Of a stretch of 57,652 nt of DNA, positions 9,571 through 17,169 are shown piece after piece. Both the position numbers and the translations under genes were made by a program. The notes beneath the pieces were generated by a model. The model had not been told where the DNA came from and did not search any database. It was given only the letters and a program-made list of their open reading frames with translations. The DNA is from an uncultured virus (IMG/VR IMGVR_UViG_3300042429_000720) (Duplodnaviria; Heunggongvirae; Uroviricota; Caudoviricetes), in the IMG/VR virus record IMGVR_UViG_3300042429_000720; one strand, given 5' to 3'. Positions within the stretch are counted from its first letter, which is position 1; each line of letters opens with the position of its first letter.

Positions 9571-9630
9571 GCCGAAGGGGCGGGAGAGGGGGCGTGATCT
9601 CCTCCCCGCACCGAAGGTGCCACGCGCATT
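9571..9630 (+). repeat. GC-rich structured element, copy 1 (copy 2 at 51405-51461)
   Basis: 24-nt identical core CGCACCGAAGGTGCCACGCGCATT plus a covarying upstream hairpin. Confidence 0.85.
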
Positions 9631-9713
9631 TTCTATAAAAGTTCCTACCGGGCCTTGGACCCCGGGCTATTTATTAGGGTATTATCTCTAGTTTAATTTT
9701 GGTGTTATCAACA

Positions 9714-9884
9714 ATGGATGCAAATCGTGTCGAGGAATTAGGTTTTTTGGCTGACAAGGAAGGATTCTTCCCACAATGGCAAGACACGGCCTCAAGATAC
9801 CTCAAGGAAGAACAGTACCAAGATAAGACATTAGCATACGAAAGAGCTTACGCAAAATACTCCCAAACAGTTGGATCTAATTAA
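9714..9884 (+). CDS. hypothetical protein
   Basis: ORF downstream of a TATTTAT motif. Confidence 0.55.
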   Translation: MDANRVEELGFLADKEGFFPQWQDTASRYLKEEQYQDKTLAYERAYAKYSQTVGSN

Positions 9885-9922
9885 AGGAGTTACTTTATCT
9901 AAGATTTAATAAAAATAGTGCT

Positions 9923-10255
9923 ATGGAACAAAGTACAGGATTTCAAAAACTTTTAATCTCTATGATGACAAGAAGGTGGTTAATCACCTTGATTGTATTG
10001 ATTACTTTTATGTTTACTACCTTCGGGATTCTGATCTCTATTCACGTAGAAACAGCTGTAGGTCAGGAGTGGAAAGAACTTTTACTTTTACTCTTAGGAG
10101 CTTTCATCGGTTCCTACGGTAAAATTATCGACTACTGGTTCTCGGATACTGATAAAGATAAGATGTTAGTCCAAAAGATGGACGAAGAAGACGGTGTAGC
10201 TCTTTCCAATACAGGAGGCTCAGTCGAACCTTTAAACAGTAGCGAGGAAGAGTAA
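9923..10255 (+). CDS. two-TM membrane protein with acidic tail
   Basis: Two hydrophobic segments; IIDYWF motif. Confidence 0.7.
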   Translation: MEQSTGFQKLLISMMTRRWLITLIVLITFMFTTFGILISIHVETAVGQEWKELLLLLLGAFIGSYGKIIDYWFSDTDKDKMLVQKMDEEDGVALSNTGGSVEPLNSSEEE

Positions 10256-10461
10256 TGTCTTCAATGCCATGCCCTGCCTGTAGACATCCATTAGGGTTGA
10301 CTTTAGAGTTTATATCCAAGCACCCAATGTCAATGTGCCCCAATTGCCAGACTATGTTTAATTTTGAAGTCGGTGATGAAATTAAAGAATCACTAGCTAG
10401 CGCGTTATCTGATATAAATAAAATTAAAAAACAATATAAAGGTACGGTTAAGTTTAAATAA
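10255..10461 (+). CDS. Zn-ribbon protein
   Basis: CPAC...CPNC. Confidence 0.7.
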   Translation: MSSMPCPACRHPLGLTLEFISKHPMSMCPNCQTMFNFEVGDEIKESLASALSDINKIKKQYKGTVKFK

Positions 10462-10550
10462 ATTTAACAACTTTACTATTGTTTGATACTAGTTATATAC
10501 AAACAAACGGTTACAGGAGAAATAAATAACAATATAAAAAAATAAAAAGT

Positions 10551-11156
10551 ATGGCTTCAGATATCTCAGCCCAATTTACCGGTTTACCAATAGAGGATTT
10601 AATTGTATCTCCTATCATCGGAATGGCAAAGGGGCAAGCAAAATTAAACGATGTAACATGGCAGTACATCAACCAAGTCGCATTCGTAACTGACGAAAAA
10701 ACAAAGGCTGTGACAGCCCGTTCTTTGGATGTACAGATGCAAAGAGTAATGACTGATCCTGATACTGGAGCGCAGGAATTAAAGACACTGTACTCTAAAG
10801 TACCAATGCTACCATTAGTACCGCTTCCAGCTCTAGCTATCACATCAGCTGACATTGAATTTACTATGGAAGTAAAAACTTCTGAAGTAAACAAAGATTC
10901 AGTAGATGCTAAGTCTAGCTTTGAAGCAACAGTCGGCGGCGGGTTCTGGGGTATGAAATACTCTGCTACAATGGCAGGTAGTGTTGCAACTCACAAAGAA
11001 AACACTCGCTCAAGCGATAACTCAGCTAAGTACAATGTAAAGGTTCACGCCGAGCAGTTGCCACCAACTGAAGGTATGTTGAAGCTATCTGACTACCTAA
11101 CTCAGATGCTAGAGCCATCTTTGATTCCATTCGGAGAAGGTACTGCAGCTAAGTAA
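10551..11156 (+). CDS. DUF2589 family protein
   Basis: F.GLPIEDLI..P....AKGQ..L; VP(M)LPLVPLPALAI....IEF.MEV; SAKYNVKVHA. Confidence 0.8.
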   Translation: MASDISAQFTGLPIEDLIVSPIIGMAKGQAKLNDVTWQYINQVAFVTDEKTKAVTARSLDVQMQRVMTDPDTGAQELKTLYSKVPMLPLVPLPALAITSADIEFTMEVKTSEVNKDSVDAKSSFEATVGGGFWGMKYSATMAGSVATHKENTRSSDNSAKYNVKVHAEQLPPTEGMLKLSDYLTQMLEPSLIPFGEGTAAK

Positions 11157-11181
11157 TAAGTAAAACAAAAGAGGTTATAAA

Positions 11182-11646
11182 ATGTCAAGATTAAATGTAG
11201 AGGAACTAGTTGGCGGTCTATTAGAGGCCGCCATGGTTTCTCAAGGAATAAGTGAAAGACAGCATATTAATGCTCTCCGGAACTATTTCAATGAAGACGG
11301 TACACCCAAAACCACCACCTTTACTGTAGGTGAGAAGGAATTGGTTGTACCTCTTTATATTTTAGCAGACCACTCATCTATTGGATTAGAAGAATTAGAT
11401 ATTGAGTTCTCTTGTAGGCTTATATTTGGTGATGAAGAAAGAGAGGTTTCCAATCTTAAAAAGTCTCTACTAGGGTTATTTAAGAAAAAAGGATACGAGC
11501 ACAATATCAAAGGTATTGAAGTTGACTCTGGGTTTAATCCAAATGAAACGGGGGTAGCTAAAATAAAGGTTAAGTTCAAGGCCGATGAAAAGCCCGAAGC
11601 GGTTAGTAGATTGGTTGACGAGTACATAAAATTGCTAGCTAGCTAA
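11182..11646 (+). CDS. DUF2589 family protein (second, shorter paralog type)
   Basis: VPLYILADHSSIGLEELDIEF; KIKVKFKA...PEAVSRL. Confidence 0.7.
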   Translation: MSRLNVEELVGGLLEAAMVSQGISERQHINALRNYFNEDGTPKTTTFTVGEKELVVPLYILADHSSIGLEELDIEFSCRLIFGDEEREVSNLKKSLLGLFKKKGYEHNIKGIEVDSGFNPNETGVAKIKVKFKADEKPEAVSRLVDEYIKLLAS

Positions 11647-11696
11647 AAGAATAATTAACCAGATGAATGATTTTAGATTTCTGTATTGGGATAATT

Positions 11697-11834
11697 ATGA
11701 AGCGCCAAAGAGAGACACAGCAGGAGAGAGCTCTAGCACAGCTTATTCGCCGGAAGATGATTCAACGGGATCACGGGGCGGCAAAGACAAGCTATAGGCG
11801 CGATAAAAGTTGGATGCGCTATGAGTTGGAATGA
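11697..11834 (+). CDS. small basic protein (45 aa)
   Basis: ORF read by eye: MKRQRETQQERALAQLIRRKMIQRDHG... Confidence 0.45.
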   Translation: MKRQRETQQERALAQLIRRKMIQRDHGAAKTSYRRDKSWMRYELE

Positions 11835-11956
11835 TGAATATGATAATTGGTCACCCGACGCTTCTATCCACGGGCATACAATCTACCGAGAAGAAGAAGA
11901 GGAATAGTTGCTAGATCGAAAGATCGTTCGTATATTTAGGTATAAGAAAAAAGGTT

Positions 11957-12130
11957 ATGAATGATAGTGATGCTTGTCGTTATTTGTTTAGTCTGTACAT
12001 GGCACAGGCTGAAAGTCTGAATCTGGAGATTGAATTTCTAGACAAATTAAATGAAATTTTTGTGGAAGCTCCTGAGTACGAGCTGTGGGATGCCATACAG
12101 GGCGCAGCCTTTGACTGTGATATGGTCTAG
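11957..12130 (+). CDS. small acidic hypothetical protein
   Basis: Preceded by the full promoter motif and a GGTTATG start context. Confidence 0.6.
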   Translation: MNDSDACRYLFSLYMAQAESLNLEIEFLDKLNEIFVEAPEYELWDAIQGAAFDCDMV

Positions 12131-12140
12131 GAGCAGGAAC

Positions 12141-12225
12141 GCACCAGTGATGAAATGGTAGACATGAGGGACTTAAAATCCCTTGGGCAGGAATGCCCGT
12201 GCCGGTTCGAGTCCGGCCTGGTGTA
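12141..12225 (+). tRNA. tRNA-Leu(TAA)
   Basis: Cloverleaf; AGGGA-CT-TAA-AA-TCCCT; long variable arm; GGTTCGAGTCC. Confidence 0.95.
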
Positions 12226-12312
12226 CAGAAGAAGGGTTGGAGGTAAGAAAAAAAATTCGTATCTTTAATCTATAGAACAAAGAGGTTCTTTGACTTGTTG
12301 GCGGTATAGAAT

Positions 12313-12395
12313 GCCGAGGTGGTGGAATGGTAGACACGCTGGTCTTAGGAACCAGTGCTTTACGCGTGCGGGTTCGAGTCCCGCCCTCGGTACCA
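12313..12395 (+). tRNA. tRNA-Leu(TAG)
   Basis: CTGGT-CT-TAG-GA-ACCAG; encoded CCA. Confidence 0.96.
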
Positions 12396-12401
12396 TAATA
12401 T

Positions 12402-12475
12402 GGTCCGGTAGCTCAGCTGGATAGAGCATCGCACTTCTAATGCGACGGTCTCAGGTTCGAATCCTGATCGGATCA
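12402..12475 (+). tRNA. tRNA-Arg(TCT)
   Basis: TCGCA-CT-TCT-AA-TGCGA. Confidence 0.95.
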
Positions 12476-12569
12476 CTACGCAGTCAAGTGTTCGAGGTTT
12501 CTTTGTTCCTAGGGAAAAACAAAGTGGAGCTACAGTGGCAGGTTGCGGTTGTCCTACAACAACCGAGTT

Positions 12570-12642
12570 AGGGGAGTAGCGCAGGTGGTAGCGCAGCTGG
12601 TTTGGGACCAGCGGGTCGCAGGTTCGAGTCCTGTCTTCCCTA
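12570..12642 (+). tRNA. tRNA-Pro(TGG)
   Basis: GCTGG-TT-TGG-GA-CCAGC; A1-U72 first pair. Confidence 0.93.
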
Positions 12643-12664
12643 CTAACTTTTAAATATCTAAACT

Positions 12665-12856
12665 ATGTCAAAAGCAGAGAAACTTCTCTATGGGGTTATG
12701 TACGTCCTGTTTACCCTCGGGATTATTCTTGCAATTGCCCGTAATGATTACGGAACTGCAATTTGGACTATTGTGGGTGGAATGTGGATGCACACTTCAT
12801 TCATGCATCGACGTGAAGTAATTGACCTTCTAAAAGAGTTGGAAAATACGAAGTAA
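12665..12856 (+). CDS. small two-TM membrane protein
   Basis: Two hydrophobic segments. Confidence 0.65.
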   Translation: MSKAEKLLYGVMYVLFTLGIILAIARNDYGTAIWTIVGGMWMHTSFMHRREVIDLLKELENTK

Positions 12857-12922
12857 GTTCGTATATTTATCCTATAACGATCCCAGGCGTGTACACTAAT
12901 TGTTTAATTTAAATTTTCTAAT

Positions 12923-13087
12923 ATGAAGAAGATTCTTGCAATGATTGCCTTTGCTACTTTGGTAGCAGCTTGCAACAATGCTACTGAAGAAGCTGTAGTA
13001 GAGGAAGTAGTAGTTGATTCTACTGCTATCGACACCACAGTTACTGAAGAAGTAGCAGCAGAAGGCGAAGAGGCAGCAGCCGAATAA
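12923..13087 (+). CDS. small acidic lipoprotein (54 aa)
   Basis: MKKILAMIAFATLVAAC signal/lipobox followed by an E/V/T/A-rich mature part. Confidence 0.75.
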   Translation: MKKILAMIAFATLVAACNNATEEAVVEEVVVDSTAIDTTVTEEVAAEGEEAAAE

Positions 13088-13198
13088 TACTGAGTCTAGC
13101 CAAAAAATCCTGTTGCACTCGAACAGGTTGACTTCGGGGAAAAGATTAAAAGGGGGAGTACGTGAACCGATAGCGTCTTAGAATAAACCTCCCTGTAA

Positions 13199-13271
13199 GC
13201 CTCCTTAGCTCAGTTGGTAGAGCCACTGATTTGTAATCAGTAGGTCGTTGGTTCGAGTCCGACAGGAGGCT
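13199..13271 (+). tRNA. tRNA-Thr(TGT)
   Basis: ACTGA-TT-TGT-AA-TCAGT. Confidence 0.95.
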
Positions 13272-13362
13272 CTAACAGTACTCGCCACGCTTCTCGTCAG
13301 ATCAGCGCACCCGGGCGAGTCTTTTACGAGGGTAGGTAGTTGCAAATGCTTACCCTCAACAT

Positions 13363-13485
13363 AGTCAGGTGGCGGAATAGTAGACGCATCAAATTAGGTT
13401 ACTGCGTGAAATACTTACTAATTTGATTATACAGTGCAGCAGTTTTAATAACTGAGTATTGCTGGTTCAAATCCAGCCCTGACTA
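13363..13485 (+). ncRNA. tRNA-like RNA with extended, non-canonical anticodon and variable arms
   Basis: Acceptor AGTCAGG/CCTGACT, Leu-type D arm, T arm GCTGG-TTCAAAT-CCAGC; a 10-bp stem with 20-nt loop replaces the anticodon arm. Confidence 0.75.
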
Positions 13486-13490
13486 CATAC

Positions 13491-13573
13491 TGGAAGGTGG
13501 GTGAGTGGTTAAAACCGGCAGACTGTAAATCTGCTCCCTTACGGGTACAGCAGTTCGAATCTGTTCCTTCCAA
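13491..13573 (+). tRNA. tRNA-Tyr(GTA)
   Basis: GCAGA-CT-GTA-AA-TCTGC; U1-A72 first pair. Confidence 0.93.
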
Positions 13574-13577
13574 CTAC

Positions 13578-13700
13578 AGAAACAGAGGAAGCGTAGAACA
13601 ACTAGCTGGGAGAGCAGCGACGCAAGGGTACACACTTAGTAGCTCTCTTATTGGTGTGTTAAGCATTTGTTAGATTCCTGATAAAGTTGTTCCTGTTTCT
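13578..13700 (+). ncRNA. putative pseudoknotted ncRNA between tRNA-Tyr and tRNA-Ser
   Basis: Nested stems AGAAACAG/CTGTTTCT, GAACAACT/AGTTGTTC, GAGAGC/GCTCTC; loop ACACAC can pair with GTGTGT. Confidence 0.55.
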
Positions 13701-13708
13701 TTTACAAT

Positions 13709-13796
13709 GGAGGTTTGGCAGAGTGGTCGATTGCGGTAGTCTTGAAAACTATTGACTGTAACAGGTCCCGGGGTTCGAATCCCTGAGCCTCCGCCA
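13709..13796 (+). tRNA. tRNA-Ser(TGA)
   Basis: GTAGT-CT-TGA-AA-ACTAT; long variable arm; GCCA end. Confidence 0.95.
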
Positions 13797-13798
13797 TC

Positions 13799-13872
13799 GG
13801 GCCTGTAGCTCAGTCGGTTAGAGCGAGGGACTCATAATCCCCAGGTCCCAGGTTCGAGCCCTGGCAGGCCCA
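13799..13872 (+). tRNA. tRNA with CAT anticodon (Ile2 more likely than Met)
   Basis: GGGA-CT-CAT-AA-TCCC; GGGCCTG acceptor is Ile-like. Confidence 0.9.
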
Positions 13873-13961
13873 CTTAGGTTTCTTAATAAAGGCTTAATAC
13901 TGATCTAAACTCGGTAGCCTATCTTAAACGTAGTTATTAATAAACAATTACGTTTACATTT

Positions 13962-15512
13962 ATGAAACACTTATTTACCCTTGTAGCTCTTTCGGCAGTT
14001 ACGTTATTCGGCCAGACCTCTTTCTGGACCCCAACAAGTTATAGAGGTGCTTTTGCACCAGCTCCTACCACCCAATGGACTGACGGATGGACTAACTGGG
14101 ATGCTCAAAACACAGTCTACCCGATCCACACCCAGACAGTTTCAGGAGAACTACTTAGTAGTCTAACTTGGACAAGCAGCAATGTTTACTTAGTTCAAGG
14201 TCCGGTATACTTGAAGAGCTCGCTTACTATCCAACCCGGTACAGTAATTCTTTTTGATAAGAACACTGCAGGATCGGCTCTGATTGTAACTAAGCAGGGA
14301 ACATTATATGCTGAAGGTACAGCTACTCAACCAATCGTATTTACTTCTAGTGCAGTTCCTGGCCAACGAACAATCGGTGACTGGGGAGGAATTGTTATTC
14401 TAGGAGAGGCTGTTAATAACATCCCACCCAACACAGCAGCAGGATCTAATGCAGGCATCGGTAACATCGAAGGCTTACCTACTTCAGCTAATACTGAGTA
14501 TGGAGGTAATAACGACCAGGATAGCTCAGGTGTTTTAAAATACGTTAGAATCGAGTTCGGCGGATATGCTTACATGCCTGACAAAGAGATTAATGGATTA
14601 ACTTTCGGTTCAGTAGGAAGTAAGACAGTAGTTGATTATGTTCAAGTTTCATTTACTAATGATGACGCTTTTGAATGGTTTGGTGGTACTGTGAATTGTA
14701 AGCACTTGGTATCGTACCGCAACCTGGATGATGACATGGACTGCGATTTTGGATACCGAGGTAAAGTTCAATTTGCTTTAATTGTTAGAGATCCTTTTAT
14801 TGCTGACCAGTCATCAGGCTCAACCTCAGAAGGGTTTGAATGTGATAATGACGGCGCCGGTTCTAACAACGGACCTAAGACAGCTGCCACATTCTCTAAC
14901 GTAACTGCTATCGGACCACTAAGAGGTAACCTACAGGCTACAGTCGATCCTAAGTTTAGAAGAGCTTTGAGACTTCGCCGGAACAGTGAAATGAAAATCT
15001 TCAACTCAGTCTTTACAGACTTTAAAGACGGTATTCATATTGACGGAACTTCTACAGAAACAAATGCACTACAGAATAGGTTAGTATTCCAAAATAATCT
15101 GATTGCTGGCTGCAGCGGCAAATTCATCCTCAGAGGAACTAATCCTTCTTTTAATGCCGGTGCTTGGTATTTTACTTCCAATGATACTCTAGCAGCTTCT
15201 ACTGGATTGTTTACCACTCCTTACAGCTACCTACAGCCTGACTATCGTCCATCAGCTACTAGCGGACTAGACACAGGAGCTAGCTTTAACGACACAAACC
15301 TAATCGGCAATACTATCTCAGTTGCAGAATTTAACTCACCAATCAGCCTATACCCTAACCCGGTTGCTGATCAGCTCTACTCTCAAGAGCAAGCTCTGAT
15401 CTTTGACAACACCGGTAGAGTAGTTGGCAAGCTTGAAAAAGGCTGGAACGATTTAGGATACCTTCCTAAGGGAGTTTATACAGTTAAAAATATAAGAGTT
15501 ATTAAACAATAG
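13962..15512 (+). CDS. Secreted beta-helix protein with T9SS type A C-terminal sorting domain
   Basis: Signal peptide; GDWGGIVILG, DSSGVLKYVRIEFGG, DDAFEWFGG; C-terminal LYPNP...L.KGVY. Confidence 0.85.
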   Translation: MKHLFTLVALSAVTLFGQTSFWTPTSYRGAFAPAPTTQWTDGWTNWDAQNTVYPIHTQTVSGELLSSLTWTSSNVYLVQGPVYLKSSLTIQPGTVILFDKNTAGSALIVTKQGTLYAEGTATQPIVFTSSAVPGQRTIGDWGGIVILGEAVNNIPPNTAAGSNAGIGNIEGLPTSANTEYGGNNDQDSSGVLKYVRIEFGGYAYMPDKEINGLTFGSVGSKTVVDYVQVSFTNDDAFEWFGGTVNCKHLVSYRNLDDDMDCDFGYRGKVQFALIVRDPFIADQSSGSTSEGFECDNDGAGSNNGPKTAATFSNVTAIGPLRGNLQATVDPKFRRALRLRRNSEMKIFNSVFTDFKDGIHIDGTSTETNALQNRLVFQNNLIAGCSGKFILRGTNPSFNAGAWYFTSNDTLAASTGLFTTPYSYLQPDYRPSATSGLDTGASFNDTNLIGNTISVAEFNSPISLYPNPVADQLYSQEQALIFDNTGRVVGKLEKGWNDLGYLPKGVYTVKNIRVIKQ

Positions 15513-15534
15513 TAAAATTTCTGAGTAAATGTTT

Positions 15535-15556
15535 GGAGCCCCGAAAGGGGCTTCTT
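15535..15556 (+). terminator. Hairpin GGAGCCCC-GAAA-GGGGCTTC overlapping the next promoter
   Basis: GNRA-capped stem followed by TT and TATTTAT. Confidence 0.6.
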
Positions 15557-15568
15557 ATATTTATTACT

Positions 15569-17134
15569 ATGAAAAAGTTGTACGTTGTTTTAGCGTTGTT
15601 GATGAGCTTTGTCTCAACAGCATCGCACTTAGCGGGTGGTGATATACAATACCGCTACATTGGAGATTCTACCGGAATCGCCCGTCATTATAAAATCATT
15701 CTGAGAGTCTATAGAGATGTTACCGGTATAGCAATGCCCACTACTGAGACAGTAACAATATCCTCAGGATGTTATTCTAACACCAACGTTACTGTCAACC
15801 TAACAGCCGGAAGCGGGGTTGTATCCCCAACCCTATTTGATTGCGTAAACCCGGGACCTGGTGTGAAGACTCTGGAAGTTTACCGGTACACCGGGTATGT
15901 AGTACTGCCGGGCAACTGCGGTGACTTTGTATTCTGGTATTCAAATTGCTGCCGTCCTCCTGGAGTAACTAATATCTCAAACTCAAATGGAACTGGAACC
16001 GACGGCTTCTACTTTGATGCTCTACTCAATAACCTTAATGGACAGAACTCATCTCCGATCTTTGTATCGGAGCCTGTTCGGGCATTCTGTGTAGCTAATC
16101 CTTTCAACTGGAAGCAAAGCTCGGTCGAGTACGATGGAGACTCGGTGGCATACTCTCTGATCAATTGCCGGGAAGGAGCTTACCCAAACCAGACTAACAT
16201 TCCGTTTGACTTTGGATTCAATAAGAATCAACCTGTATCCTCAACCTACTTCAATATCAATCCTCAGACCGGGCAGATCTCTTTCTATCCTACAACTCAG
16301 GAGGTTGATGCACTGTCGGTATTGATTGAAGAATACAGGTATGATTCGCTTTGGGGAGTATGGACTAAGGTAGGTTCAGCCTCAAGAGATATGATGATAT
16401 CAATTGCATATAATTGCAATGCAGTAGCGATGCAAGGCGTAAAATACGACCCTACTCAATACCCGGTTGATACAATTACAGGACTAAAATATAAAGAAGT
16501 AGCATGCGGGGATACAGCCTTTGGACTTAAGTTTCACATTGCCTTAGATGGGTATTCAATTAACGATGTTGATTTTAGAATGACCCGGACACAGACCAGC
16601 CAACCTGTTGCAATCAAAAAAATCTGGTCTAATGTCGATGTCAATTACGAGACCGACTCAGTACGTATTGTAATGCTCATGCCCTTTAGTTACGCAGGAG
16701 AGTACTACCTCTACTCTAAGAAAGGAAACGATGGAAATACTTTAATGAATAAGTGCGGTATTGAGATGGACGAGTTTGATACAATCCTAATCAAGGTAGG
16801 ACCTTGTCCACCTCCACCACCTCCAGACCCTATCGGTCCAGTTGACGATATTAGGAACGGAGAAGAACCTATTGTTATCCCTACGCAACCTATTCTTATC
16901 CCGAACGTAGTAACTCCGAACGGAGATAACAAAAACGATCTGTTTGTAATTAAGAACCTAAGCAATCACAGTCCTGCCAGTATAAGTATTATGAATAGAT
17001 GGGGGCAGATAGTCTACACCAATCCAGATTATAAGAATGATTGGGATGGAGGAAATGTAGCAGATGGAGTTTATTTTGGAGTATTAGACACCCCAGATCA
17101 GTCTTACAGCTTTACAGTTACAGTCCTAAGATAA
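15569..17134 (+). CDS. Secreted protein with T9SS type B (gliding-motility/CHU_C) C-terminal domain
   Basis: Signal peptide, ASHLAGGDIQY N-terminus, CCR motif, Pro linker; IPNVVTPNGDNKND...NRWG...NDWDG...DGVYF. Confidence 0.9.
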   Translation: MKKLYVVLALLMSFVSTASHLAGGDIQYRYIGDSTGIARHYKIILRVYRDVTGIAMPTTETVTISSGCYSNTNVTVNLTAGSGVVSPTLFDCVNPGPGVKTLEVYRYTGYVVLPGNCGDFVFWYSNCCRPPGVTNISNSNGTGTDGFYFDALLNNLNGQNSSPIFVSEPVRAFCVANPFNWKQSSVEYDGDSVAYSLINCREGAYPNQTNIPFDFGFNKNQPVSSTYFNINPQTGQISFYPTTQEVDALSVLIEEYRYDSLWGVWTKVGSASRDMMISIAYNCNAVAMQGVKYDPTQYPVDTITGLKYKEVACGDTAFGLKFHIALDGYSINDVDFRMTRTQTSQPVAIKKIWSNVDVNYETDSVRIVMLMPFSYAGEYYLYSKKGNDGNTLMNKCGIEMDEFDTILIKVGPCPPPPPPDPIGPVDDIRNGEEPIVIPTQPILIPNVVTPNGDNKNDLFVIKNLSNHSPASISIMNRWGQIVYTNPDYKNDWDGGNVADGVYFGVLDTPDQSYSFTVTVLR

Positions 17135-17169
17135 GTTGCTTTTTTAAATAAAAGTTACTATCTTTAGGT

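Noticed and set aside
13272..13357. Theta/HDV-like ribozyme after a tRNA
   Set aside because: No P2 strand between P1 and P3, and no catalytic C/J4-2 segment could be fitted
12141..13872. Suppressor tRNA or stop-codon reassignment
   Set aside because: TAA, TAG and TGA here are anticodons (Leu, Leu, Ser); genes read through intact in code 11 and end in all three stops
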